In this document: positions 13,000-25,846 of the stretch, piece by piece | How positions within the stretch are numbered: the first letter of the stretch is position 1 | Layout: each line of letters opens with the position of its first letter | Assembly (NCBI GenBank): GCA_973895155.1 | Contig: OZ316892.1 | Location: forward strand, 30,729,328 to 30,793,327 | Direction of reading: 5' to 3' | DNA from: Marsupella aquatica | Taxonomy: Eukaryota > Plantae > Marchantiophyta | DNA length: 64,000 nt | Made by a program: the position numbers and the translations under genes | Notes under the pieces: model-generated | Told to the model about the DNA's origin: nothing | What the model saw: only the letters and a program-made list of their open reading frames with translations | The model's database searches: none

Positions 13000-14220
13000 G
13001 TTACCCGTGTCACAATATTTGCAATACAAATACAATGAGATCTTGGTCCAATTGTTGGTGCAATGGACTTTGTGGTCCAACTCTTTGGGAATTGGAAGTG
13101 TGTCTACGATTCATTTAGAATTGGAACCTTTGGCAAGGCCAGGGTCATCCCTCATCTGCTCATGGAAAGTATTGACCGGCCCTAAATCATGTGTAGCATA
13201 GCCTTTGTAGTCTGTGTTCCTAGGATGAGAAATCTTATGCCAATGGCCATTCCTATCTTTACAATGCACTACCCTATAATGGTTACCAAAAGTTTTCATT
13301 AAATTGTAAGTCAAAGCCTCATTAAATTGTAAGTCAAAGCCTTTTGACTCGATGAAAAAAGATTTCTTGCGGTCAACAAAAACAATGGTCTTCATTTTCA
13401 TCTAGGTCAAAATTCTATGTATATTGTATCCCTAAATGAACTTAACCACGCCCCAAAAGGAGTTGTAGCAATTTGAGGAGGACATAGGTTTGTTTGGCGA
13501 TCTGACATAGGTAAATTGGTTCCCATACGGTCAACATAGAGCTTTCATAATTGACCACGCAACCCAATATCATGATACGCAAGAATTCATCAAGAATTGG
13601 CCCAAACTATGGATCTAAATGAACTCAGAGGTGTATAAAAACCCCAGGCACTCTATACTGAACATCAAATGTGCCTAAGGTTGCATGTACAATGCAAGAG
13701 ATAAGAACTAGGAAGTTAAGCACCTATTGAGAGGAATAGTGTTTGGGATGGGTGACCTGACTTCTCTAGTAGCCCGCAGCTTGCTAAGACTTGAAGCCTC
13801 GCACAAAAGAATACACTAGCTAGTGATATGCAACCCGTGGAGGAGTAGGATCAGGCCGGGGCAGCGCTAGGCCCGCCGATTGGGGTAATCGCACTTCAAT
13901 TTTTGATTTGATTCTAATTGGGACCCCTGTCCCATTGTAGTACGATAGCACAATAGTTTTGGATTGCAAAGTACTTGGAAATGGTTATGCCATTCTCACA
14001 TAGTTGGACAATTGTTTGCCATTTCTTTTGAATTGAATGCGTCTTTCCGATACTAGTTTAATTGGACAAGTCCGATCTCGGTCCGATAACGCTAACCCAA
14101 TTGTTTGGGGATTGGATGATACAATGCGACTTAAATTGGAACATCGGTAAAACCTGCAACAATCTGTCGAAGGGATCCGATTTGAGGAGAATTGGATTAA
14201 GGGTGAATTTTGTACTAGTG
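13000..14220 (-). mobile_element. CACTA element terminus inserted in element C gag-PR (left part truncated or displaced)
   Basis: Minus strand begins CACTAGTACAAAA at 14220, exactly where gag-PR homology (DQGAPEIT) stops; subterminal ATTGGA/TCCGA motifs; left limit uncertain. Confidence 0.65.
13704..13758 (+). promoter_or_regulatory. 5S rRNA internal control region-like sequence (box A - IE - box C)
   Basis: AGAACTaggaAGTTAAGC-24 nt-GGATGGGTGACCT versus plant 5S AGAACTccgcAGTTAAGC-23 nt-GGATGGGTGACCT; 5S 5' and 3' ends absent. Confidence 0.7.
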
Positions 14221-16476
14221 ATTTCTGGTGCCCCCTGGTCTTCACATATCATCATCACATCAGCTGGAGTTCCCACCTTTGGCAACCTCCTCCTCTTCTT
14301 ACCAACTAACATCTCTCTCAATTGCTTCCTATACAAAGGATTGTCCTTGATGAGCTGCCCAACAGTGGCTGTAACAGGGCATTCCTTTACATCCTTCTTG
14401 ATGTCATAGGATAACATTGTCACAACTTGTTCCTCCTCTCTCTTGTTCTTCCCATCCTCCTTTGTCTTCAAAAGCCTTGCTTCATTCAAATCCTTATCAA
14501 GAGCCTTTTGATGCTCTTGGGCCTCCAACTCCTCCAATTGTTTCTTCACCAGTCCTCCTCATTTATCTTGGGTTAAAAGAGCTTGGGGTGGTCCCTCCCA
14601 TAGTCACTATCTTGCTCTGGTGGAACTCCTGATGCCACCTCAGATGTTGCTTTCTCCTTCCTGGCCTTTTTGTTGTGCTCTTTCTCTATTTGACGGTCCT
14701 TCCTCCTTGTTGACCTGGTAGACACCTTATAACATTGCTCCTCATCTTCAGGGGTCTCCAAACCAGCCATCTCATCCTGGTATTCCCAACCTGGGTCACC
14801 CTCCGCCTCTCCTTTCTCTTGCCATTCCATACTCAAGTAATTCACAGCAGTTTCTCCCAGTGCTTGAGCTACTATAGGTGCTACCACTTCTGGTCTCCCT
14901 ACCATCACTCTTGTTCCAGCTCCAATGAATAGGACAGTTTGCAGTTGTGTGACCCTCTCTTTTACACATACCACAAAGTAGAGGCGGTATCCCATACCCT
15001 TGCTTCTTTTGCTCTGGATAATTGTTTGAATAGTGGCCTGGTTTACCACAATTCCAACAAATGACAACTGCAGTTCTTGGCATCATGGATGCCCCTCCAC
15101 CTCCCATTTTCTCCATAGGTCTAGGCTGCAACCCTGGCATGAGTTGTGGTGCCATGGGTTGCATAGGTCTCCCTTGCAATGTCCTTGGTCCCACTGAAAT
15201 CTGGTACACATTCTCTGGTGCATCTTCATAGAAGTACTCCATAGTGTTCACTTGATTCCCTCCTTGAAGCCCTTGCTGGTGATCAGTTATCTCCTCACTC
15301 ACATATTGCACTTGAGCCGGCCAATTGGGACATTCAGTTGGAATGTGACCAAACTGCCTGCACCTTACACACCACACATGAGAACGATTCACTGGCACCT
15401 TCCTCCTATCCGGTTGCAACCCTGCAAAATGAACAGACATTCAAGGCCTTCAATTGACTAGTTATCTCCTCCATCTTTGCATCCATGCCCTTGTCCTTGG
15501 CTGTTGGTGCAACTCCCACCTTTAGATTGACCGGGGTCACCTTCTTGTAGTTCTTGCCACTCTTGCTTGTTGACCTCTTCTTTTTCTTTTTCTTTGCCTT
15601 TTTTTTCTTTTTCTTCCTCGTCTCATCCTCCTTTGAATCTGAGGTAGAAGTAGATTCAGACTCTGAATTTGAATCAGATGACTCCTCCTCCGAACTTGAA
15701 TCATCACTAGAGCTCTCCGATGAAATTGAAGAGTCATATCTTATCTTCTTCTTCTGACTCTTGGAACTTGAAATGTCAGCACTTCAATAGGACTGAGCTG
15801 TCTCCACTGCACTATCCAAAGTAGTTGGGTGAGCTTGTCTCATAGAGACCCCCATCTTCTTTGGTAGTGCTGAAACAAACTAGGACATGAGCATGCTGGT
15901 GCTGGTTCAATCTTCTTGGCCAATCGCTTAAATCTTTGCAAGAACCTCCTTACTGACTCCTTGGTACCCATCCTCATCTGCCCAATCCAAATCAGGGCTT
16001 CAGATTCTTCTCCCACCTTTCTGAACTCCTGCAAAAAGGCCACCTTAAAGGCATCCCAATCATGACGGGTGTTAATAGGGAGAGAATTAAACCATGGCCT
16101 TGCTTCTCCTCTTAACACCCCTGCCAAAGTTGTCAACATGATCCCACCTTCTCCATTGGCTTGAGCAGTACCAACAAAATCCTCCGACCACACATCAACG
16201 TCCTCCTTGGGCTTCCCATAAAAAGTCTTATACTGGAATCTGGCCCTTTGAGCAACATTTTATAGATTTGGGTTTGCCATAACCAAGGCTGCAAGACCTC
16301 CCCCAAATCCTTCTTCCTCCTCGGAAAATGAGTCTTCACTACTCCCTTGTGGTGTGCTCTCCTCCTGATGTTGATCTCTGAATTCCTCCTCCACTTGTTG
16401 TTGGATCTGTAGTAGCTCTTCCTCCAAAGTAGGATGCAGCCCTTCTTCTCTTGCACTCTGACTTACAGTGCGTGGC
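14221..16476 (-). pseudogene. gag: Gypsy element C gag (to start of PR), disrupted
   Basis: MPRTVSQ...QRARFQYKTFYGKP..LAGVLRGEARPWFNSL, Ser/Lys linker, three zinc knuckles, YDIKKDVKECPVTATVGQL; stops and frameshifts. Confidence 0.9.
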
Positions 16477-16557
16477 ATTCCCTTCTCTAACAATCATAGC
16501 AATACTTCCAAGTTAGTTGCCCCACCACCAAGCAACCTACCTTGGTCTATCTTAGAG

Positions 16558-16575
16558 GTCCTGACAGCGGCGCCA
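16558..16575 (-). promoter_or_regulatory. Degenerate tRNA-Asp PBS (element C)
   Basis: Minus strand TGGCGCCGCTGTCAGGAC. Confidence 0.75.
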
Positions 16576-16594
16576 AAAACAAGCCATAGCCATA

Positions 16595-19500
16595 TGTCAA
16601 CAGCTTGCATGAGAACTAATGAGTTATTTACCACTAAATATTTTATAATACTATCCTATAATGTCAACCAGGTCCTATTAGGGGGTCCTCCTTGGGCATT
16701 TATTGCTATCATGTCAAAATACTCACACTCATAGGTAGTTTGGTTTCCGCCACCAGAAATGTAGATTCTGCTTGAAACTATCTTCAACTCACACTCTCAA
16801 CTCTCATCCTTCTCCCATAAAACCCAAATATTCATAGCTGTCACCTATGAACCATCTTCCTTCCCTACCCTAATCAATGACCTTAGTACTCACTTAAACT
16901 TCTTTCATCCCCAAGTCTAACCGATGAGTCTTGACTCACCTCAAGCTCCTGCCCAAGATCTTCAACCACACATCTCTAGCTTGTGACCAACTCCATGTCT
17001 AAGCTTTCTCTTATCACTAATAAATTAAACACTATTAATAACACAACTTCAAAATGCACAATCTTCCACCTCTCAACTTCAACATAACAAATGCCAAGGC
17101 CTTAGATCTTCATCCACTTCTCCATTGGAGCACAATCAACAACCTAGCTTCCTTCAACATAGGTGCATGTACACATCAAGGTGTGGTTTCAAAGTAAAAT
17201 CATTTTACTACACACACAATGAGGTCCATACATGGCACAAACTCCCCATCCAAGCACTACTCCTCAAGCTAGAGCAAGTATGTGCAAGAACACAATGGAA
17301 GAATGGACATTGGCCTCAAGAAAAACTTCACTTCTTATACAATTCCTACTAGGCTACTACCCCTCTGATAACATGGTTAAGAAGAAAGGAATAAAGAAAG
17401 TGGAAAAATTAATTTTTTTTGCCTTTGAAGCGGGAAAGAAAAACCTTAAATGCTAAGCAAACCATTATTGAAAGTCTAACAACCATTCAAGAGATTAAGA
17501 GAAGGAAAAGAGGCTCAACCGGAAGAAAGTATTTCTTGGTAAAAGGAAGGAAACCGGACCACGAACCGGAAGCCGTAAAATTGTCTCTGGACGCTATCAA
17601 GAAAATCTAACACCAGGTTCTTGAAGCCGAGGCTACGCTCTTCGTCCTGGGGAAAACCCATAAGCATTGGACTCCTGACAGTGAGCCGGAATCCCTCTTA
17701 AGAACAAACCGGTTTTGCTCTTCTCACACCTCTCAAAGCTGAACAGAGTAAGTTTTGAGCTCCCGAGTGAATAGGCTTGTCGAAGCAGTAGAGAAAGTAG
17801 GCTCTTCCCTTCCGGTTGAGGATCTTGGGTCCGGATTATAGGACCATTCTAGTTTCTGTGAGAGAAAGGTATAAGAGAGCCTTGACAGACTCGTGTGAGG
17901 TGGCAGCCTACTCCTACGCTTGGAGGGAAGGCTGGGGATGTGGAGATTGGCGCTAAGGCCCCCTGTTTTGATAGTTGTCTACTTCCGGGGCTTGAGCCGG
18001 TTTCTGAATCGGAACTGAACTGGTGGCGAACCGGTTTCTGCTATATCTCGCTTGCTGGACGTTTGTTTTTGCTGAAAGTATGCTGAGATGGAGAAGGTTG
18101 GCTGATATACGCGACGGAGTAATTATAGAGGCTTTATTCACTTCTAGCTCCTACCTTCTGCCTTCATCGGTTCAAATCTATTTGCTACTCCAACTACCAG
18201 GCAGTATGAAGAGTGCCAAGAGCAGTCCTTCTTCCAAGACTCAGAGTGGGACTCCAGTAAAGCCTGAAGTACGACGTTCAAAGAGGAAGGAGGCTCAGAT
18301 CACCATGAAGCCCTTGAGACCCCTCATTCCTACTGATGCAATTGAGAAGGAACAGCTCCGAAAAGATCTTACACTAATGGGCTGTGCCTCCTTGATGGAT
18401 CTTACTTGGGGATTTCTGAGTGAAGACATGGTAAGGGAAGTGCTGGCAGGAGTTCCTCCCACAGAATTTTAGAAGACTGCACGAGCTCGACCAGAAGCTT
18501 GGACCAAGGCATTCGTTGGAGAAGCTTTTCAGCTACCAGTTAAAGGGAGTGGCTTCTGCCCCAGAGGAGAGAATCTCACAGTGGAATACTTCGGTGGCAA
18601 GATGGATGCCAAAGAAGGATGGACCATCAACCAGTGTACTCACAAGGACCTTAGGAACGTGATGGCATTCCTAGTCCCCCTCATCTATCCAGAGAAACCA
18701 AGGAGGGTGATTCTTAAAATAGGAAGTACTATCACTGCTTCCTTCTTCAAAACTAGAGAGGTATCATGGGCTACTATCTTCTCAAGTGTTCTAGAGAAGC
18801 AGGTCTCCGCCTTGTCCAACAGAGCCCCCACTACTCTCTCCTATTACTTGGTACATCTATACTCTCATGACCAAACCTTATTCAAACATGAGAAGAGTGC
18901 ATTTGGCACCAAGAGCAGCTATGTGAAATATGGAGTCTTGGATCCAGAAATTCAGAGCTTACCAGAGTCTGAAGATGACCCAGAGCCGGAAGAGATCGAC
19001 TTTGTAGGGCCAACCAGGAAGAGGAAGCTCGACAAAATTGAACCGGCTTCTGATCCGACTTCTGAACCGGTTTCTGACCCAGTTTCCTACCCGATGAGTG
19101 GCACTACTACCTCTTCAACCGGTTTTTCACACTCTACCTTACACCATTTTTCTTGTTTATTCAAGGATCTTTCGGCCATCAAGACCAAGATGGGAATCAT
19201 GGAACCAGTGCTCTCAAGGCTCTCCCAGGTGACTGGTGTGGCTCCTGCTGACCTTGTGAAGAAAGTGGAGGACCTGATGAAAGGAGATGAGAACAAGGTC
19301 AAGATTGAGCAGCTAGAGAAATCATTAGAGGAAGAGAAGAAGAAGAACTATCATCTTGAACAGTTGCTGCACAAGGCAAAGGAGAAGACCACAGCGGAGC
19401 AACTACTCTTCGATAATATTTCCAGAGCTATGGATCACCTGGAACCCTTAGTAGAAACCAAGGGAGAGGACCTGGTACATACCCAACTATTCAGGCAGTA

Positions 19501-20523
19501 CTTCATTGATGTTCCCAATACCCTTCTCATGCCCTTAGTCATCCAAATTGCACATGACTATGGTGACAGGGTGGAAGAATGCCTCTCTGCCCTCAAGCTT
19601 ATCCTTGCTTAACTGAAGAAATTCTATGACCTTTCTGATGAGGAGCAGACTCAATTTGCAGAGAAAGTCACTGTTCCATCTCCACAGGTGACACCAGCAG
19701 AAGGATGGGCTGACTCTCCTGATCCTGATATCACTCCTACCATAGTTATATCCAATTTGCCACCCATTCCGACCTCACCATTTACTACTACCTTTGGAGG
19801 TATCACTTTCATGCCAAACCCTCTCAACTCCATTGATCCAGCAGTAGACTCCACATCGGTGAAACCTGATACTTCAACTCCTGAAGAGTAAAAAGTTATT
19901 CCATCCGGAAGTTGAACCGGCTTCCCATCCGGTTTCCCACCCGGTTTTTGATCCGGTTTCGTGTTTGAAGCCCTATAAAACTTAGTATAGGAAGAATTAG
20001 ACTTTGAATTTTTGCTGAGCACTTTATCTCATGGTCTAGTTTCAGACTTTAGCATTACTTTTTACTTTTACACTTAGGTTAGGAATTGAAGGGGCATACC
20101 TCTTCAACTTTTGTTTAGAGGAGACTTGTCCCTAAGTATAAGAGGGAAAGTTTCCACCATTTTACTCAGACTTACATTTCACGTTTGAAAGTCTCCTTCT
20201 TTGAAGAGAAGTAATAGATTCATAATTTTGGTGATCTATGCTTTGTGTTTGGACATAGTGTGTGACCATTCTTGCTAGAAAATCTATGGAAAGTGACTAG
20301 CAATGTCATAGTTAACCTTTAGGCTGACTGGAAATGTATGCCTGAGACCATGCAAAGGTCTAAAGATTCATGTTGACTATTGAATACTTATGGCTTATTA
20401 AGTATTAGTGTAAGAAGCACCATACGAGAACTCACAAATTGCGTAGTCCTAAAAGAGCAATCTGAAGGATTGAATAGAAGAATAAGTTAGTTCGGAGTAA
20501 TCAGTACCACCTTTGCCTTGACA
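16595..20523 (-). mobile_element. Putative 5' LTR of element C (inner end firm, outer end uncertain)
   Basis: TGTCAA at 16595 next to the PBS; matching TTGACA candidates at 17882-17887 and 20518-20523; LTR-like sequence also continues near 22.8-23.5 kb. Confidence 0.35.
18206..19891 (+). pseudogene. Accessory ORF near gypsy C (PMD/Transposase_32-like domain plus coiled coil), two in-frame stops
   Basis: ATG 18206; TAG 18470 and TAA 19610 are in frame; LRKDLTLMG..L.W, RARPEAW, EGWTINQC, AFLVPLIYPE, SWATIF, YYLVHLY align with ORF 35110-37200. Confidence 0.75.
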
Positions 20524-20787
20524 TAGGTCAGAAAGTTAATATGGGCTATTTTATATACATCTTTTACAAATTCTTAGATGGTTGGCTTTAAAGATGAGCT
20601 TTAGGCATCAGCCTAATTTAGTCAGACTCTCTGTTGACTCTTAATCATGCCTAACTTAGTCATAGATTGCTAAGTGGTGAGAGGAGATGAGACATTTAAG
20701 GCTCGCCTAATTCTATCTTTACACCTCCGGCTTTTGGTTGTTTTCTTATATTTTTAGAATTAATTATTGCACTATTGATGATGCAAA

Positions 20788-22827
20788 TGTAGTATTGCAC
20801 TAAGGACATAAATCAACATTTAATATCCAAAACTCGGTATTCGATCCCATGGAAGAACAAGAAATGAATGATTTTTTATCATTTAACACTTATGAATGAC
20901 TAAGGTCACAAAAACACAGGTTTGAGCCTTTTACTATGATTGCTCAGCAAGACATAGATTTGAATGTTTGCTTAACATTGTAAATACAATTAATAAAATG
21001 GAAACAAATAACAAAACACAATGAAATCTTGAGGTATGATGAGGGAGTCTGGAAAACACCAAGGTAACTTCTCATCAATACTTCATTTAATATGATTTGG
21101 GTGGTAAATCCGTAAGAACATTTCTGGAAGGGATTACTATACTAGGATGATTACTAAAATGCCGTCAACACGTCTCAACTTTTCCTTCCAAAGGTACTCA
21201 GAAGAAACTAGTAATCAATCACTTCGATATCCAGTCGGTACTTTGAGTCACGAATAATAAACACCATCATGATCAAATTGAAGTCATAGGTAATTGGTGA
21301 GTAACAATCTTTGCATCCGTGCACAAGCAATGTCATGCCAAAAACTATGCATCAAGAACTCAAGAAGATGGGTTGTCACCACTTAAGGAATCTATTCCCT
21401 CATACTTCTGAGATTCAACTTCATACAAGTAATTTTACTTCAATGATCTAAACTCTCAATCATTCAGACCAAGGAAGGGAGAAGAATTCCTTTGCATTTG
21501 CAAGCTCCATACCATATGAAAACACACGAAAGCTTTGCAAAGGTGATTCCAGTGTTGCAGCACATGCCACAGGCACTACTTTATTTCTTCACACTCGAGA
21601 ATAACACAAATTCTACTTCATATAGGCTAGCAGGAACCCAAGGAGATTGAGATACTGAAAGGACATGCCCTTTCATATCTAAAGGGTCTTGAATAAACTT
21701 AATGACGGTCATCCTTGAAAAGTGAATGGACACTGCTGAAAGTGTCAAAAATGCAGGGGACTTCTCAAAGCGTCGAGGTTTGAGCGGACGCTTTGCAAAG
21801 CGTCGGTGTTTTTTGGTAAAACTAATAAACAGTGATCTTAATCTAATTTTAACTTCTAAACTAAGAGTTGGAATGAGTTGAAACTTTTCTAGGGTACTCT
21901 AATACATATAATCTCTATGCTGGCAAAGTTTCAGACTTTTCTGAGATCTCTAAGTGCCTCAAATAAATAGGTAAAAGTGGTGCAGTGTTATAAAAGTGCG
22001 AAAACTAAAAATATTTCTAAGTGTCGAGAACATAGTGGACGTTTCAGAAAGCGTCCAAAACTACAAAGGACTTTTGTGGACGCTTCAGAAAGCGTCGGCT
22101 GAATTTTGAGGTTTGGTCGCAGCGTCTGGCTTCTGGTCTTCAGGCGGGACGCTTCAGTGAGCGTCAGTGTCGATGTTGCCTTCGGGGTAGCAGACGCTTC
22201 TGTGGGCGTCGCTCCTCATGTGGATTGCAGAGCGTCAGAGTACAACTGGTTGGGTGGCGGACGCTTCAGAAAGCGTCGTGGTCTTGGGTGGACGCTTTTC
22301 AAAGCGTCCAAAACTACAAGGGACGCTTCACAAAGCGTCGGCGAAGTCGCGGCTATGCGAAAAACAGCAAAACTAAATTAATTTTAACTTTCAAACCACA
22401 TGTCGGTTTGAGATGAAACTTTCAGGGATGATTCTACTATGTAACTACTAACTCCTGAAAACGTATGAGACTTTTCTGACCGTGAGAACTATTTAACTAA
22501 AATAGCAGAGATTGGCTGATTGTGATAATTGTATACAGAGCTCATTCTTGTTGAAGAAGTGTTTTGGAGTCCGGTTCTTGAATCTTCTAGTCTGCATTGC
22601 TTCTCCAATGACATCCAGTCTTCTTTCTTGGTAGCATGTAAAGAGCAAGGATTTATATTGTCGATCCTTGTCCAATATAGGCAATAGCCTCCGATGAAGC
22701 ATAACATTAGGTAAAGTGTTCGGTTGATCTAAATTACTACAAAAGGTAACTAGATTGCACCTTTGAGTTAGAAAAAGTTTAAAATTTATAAAATTTTCAT
22801 CATTTCTAACTAATGTACAGCATTACA
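20788..22827 (-). mobile_element. Solo LTR related to gypsy D LTR
   Basis: TGTAGT...ATTACA termini; flanking 5-bp repeat GCAAA (20783-87, 22828-32); 21790-22170 strongly similar to 33820-34200; contains GACGCTT-N4-AAGCGTC palindromes. Confidence 0.75.
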
Positions 22828-23559
22828 GCAAACATCACAATACCTGAGGATGTATTAAAAACTCCTTCCACCTGACCTAAGCATGTCGGTAAAGGCTTAA
22901 AATCTGAGATAGGTTAGTTTAACTATCTCAAAGTATATTAATACAATCTTTTAGGTCTCACAAGCTCCTAACGGGAACGAATTCTGGTTGTTTAAGAAGG
23001 AAGTAATTCATATTTCTTTAAACCCTACTCTACAACCCCACAAAGTCCAAAATAGTGGTGTGCACCAAGGCCCAAGTCCACAAAGACCAAAGACCAAGGA
23101 CCAGGTAGTAGATAGCCCACCAAAGACCAATGACCCAAGTAGCTCGGTCTTTGGTGAAGTCTTTGCCACCTACCTACATAGTTAACTTTTAACTATGGTA
23201 ATTTCATGTTTTTACCTTTTCTCTAATATCTTGGAAATCTGAAAATATAATGGCTTGAATTATTTTCCTATCCATTGCTATAAGATATTTTCCCTATATT
23301 TTGGCATTAAAATTTATTTATAGCTATAACTCCTCAACCCTAAGCCAAATTATTATTTTTAGAACATATATTTTTTTGCCCAAGTAAGGTCTAGTTTTGG
23401 GTCGAAGGATTCCTGAAATGGTGTAATCATTTCAAAAATATATATTTTTAAGTCCAAAAACTCCCCATATAAACCTTCCCTAACTACTATTTTAACTCTT
23501 TATCTACCTTGGACTAAGGGAGAAAGCACTCCACTACTATAAATTTATTGTTTTTTGGT

Positions 23560-23720
23560 TTTTTAGAGGTCTCACACACATATTGGGTGCAAATCTGTTG
23601 TTTCCCTTCGTGTTCTTGTGAAAACTTTTATAAGAGGCATACACGAGGGAAACCATTCATGTCTTGTAAACATCTGTTGTGGGTGTATTTAAAACAAGTT
23701 TTCACTCAATTTGGAGAGGG
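23560..23720 (+). pseudogene. SWIM zinc-finger remnant (MULE-transposase-like)
   Basis: YWVQICCFPSCSCENF...FMSCKHLLWVYL fits CxC..CxH. Confidence 0.6.
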
Positions 23721-25846
23721 ACAACCTTGTCAAACAGCCAATTCTGACTGTTGGGGAAGTGAAGAGTTTAATTCCGTTACAGATAGGGGACTAGTCGTTT
23801 ATTGGAGATGCTAATTATAGGGTGGTGGGATGGATTACTCGAGGTAGTGGTTTCACAAATACCAATCTGTTTTCAACTTTAAGATATAAATTACTTGAAT
23901 CTTGTGGCCAAACTAATGTTCTAGTTCAACTGGTTCATATTTTTGTAATGCTTTACAAACCGAGTGAATCCCCATAATGTTAGCGAGGTCCATAATGTTA
24001 GATTATATGGTGTTTATGTTCAGTGTTAAAGGCTAGCGATCTCGCTAGTCTTTGGAAGTCTTCAAGATCCAGACCAAAACTTTGACTAGGATCTATGTAG
24101 TTGAAGTTTGTATGATCAAAACGACGTCAGTATTATGCTAGTGAGATCGCTAGTCTGAGCAATCGAGTTTACGATGCAATCTGAGCTATAGTGTTGACGG
24201 TAGAGTGCCAGGATGTGTTCTTGGGAGGGAATGTGTTCACTCAAGTTGTTGCAGTAATCCTCTGTTGAATGGATTATCTAAAATGAACCTGTAGCAGATT
24301 AATCTGAATTGTATAGTTAGTCCTATACTAGCGATATCGCTAGTCTGAGAAGGGTCCATGTTTGTCTCCCAAATAAACGACAATCATATTCAAGGGAAAT
24401 GGGGTAGAAATAAACATACTATGGACAAAATGTCATTCAAGGACAACACACAGAAAAGATAGGAATGCATGAACTTTACTTCTTATACATATAATTGAAA
24501 GTACATGAGTACATGTCATGCTTTTGAAACTACAAAATTTTGGTAAACCCCACAACCTGACTCTCCACTCAGGGGCTGGCCGCCTTGTATGCATCGGAGT
24601 CAGTGTCTGACTCTGACTCCGAATCGTAATCCAAAGAGGCGAGGCGTTCCTCGGTCCAGTAGTCATGGATCTCCCTATCAATCCAATACTACTCCTCTTC
24701 TGCAAGCCTCTTCCTCTTCGCTACGGCCTCACACTATGTGACATCCACCTTTGGCTTTGGTGGAGACTTTGCGGCTAGACCTGAGTTTGGAGGAGTTGGT
24801 GTTCGCCTCAATGATGATGACGATCCAACCGAATGACCTACTACAGTTGGGACACTGCTATCTGTGGAGACCTTCACAGTGTTGGCAATGGGTTGACTCT
24901 TTGGCGGAGAGTCGTCTTCTAGAGGGCAATCCGTTGCCGGGTTGTAACAACGGACCTCAAGTCGCCATTTCCCTTGAGGAGGAATGCTTGGAACCCCTGA
25001 CATGTCTCTGCACTTACGAGAACCAAACAGTGATTAAAAAAATGACATCCGTGAAATGGAAACACTTTTGACGATGAAACACTATGAATGCCATGCCTTG
25101 TCGGAGAGTTCTTCCCTGAAAAGAGCTCAGAGCCATAGAGCCGCGCGTACTTGAATTAGATCTAGTGAGCGTTGAGGACTTGAAACACTGATAGCAGTTC
25201 CGAATGAACAAGCTCGAGACGGAGGCGGTGGAAGTGATCAGGAGAATGATTCGGAAGACTGGTGGTTTTTGGGTGATTGGCTTTGTTTAAGTGGACGGTT
25301 TGCCTTGGGTTCGCTTCTGGTTTGAACGGTAATTGTCCCGTTCACTCGCAGTGACTTGATTAGTGTCCAAACAGCCTTAATCCTCCTTGCCTCGACAGTA
25401 ATGACACGTTGATTCTTGTCACGTGGGAATTGTGCAGTACTTTTTTGTTGTTTCTTTGCCTTGGGTGGGAATTTTCACATGTGGGAGCCTGTACGTGGAG
25501 CCCGTACCTCATGTGAGTGGCTCAATGTGTTGGCGTCATTAGACTAGCGATTTTGCTGGCCTAAAGAAAATGTCATTTTGAATGATCGGAAATGGTGGTA
25601 AAAACAGGTGTTAAGAGTTGCCTCGTAAAAATGGGTCCACATGTTTTCTTCCAGTGCATTCAAGGGACTAGAAAATGCTCATGGTTACGCATTTCTTATG
25701 TCATTTTTGTGTCATTATTTAATGATCAAACGGGGTCTTCATGCTAGCAAGGAAGATTCTGGACCTTTTTTGGGCCCCAATACAAGGGGAAAACTTGCCT
25801 GTGCGATCAAAAATTCTACTGTTTGCTTGCATGTTACAATTACCCG

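Noticed and set aside
13704-13758. Functional 5S rRNA gene
   Set aside because: 5' and 3' arms of 5S and the T-run terminator are missing
22361-22372. Alternative solo-LTR end (CA followed by GCAAA)
   Set aside because: Lies within a duplicated internal module; 22827 gives a better terminal inverted repeat
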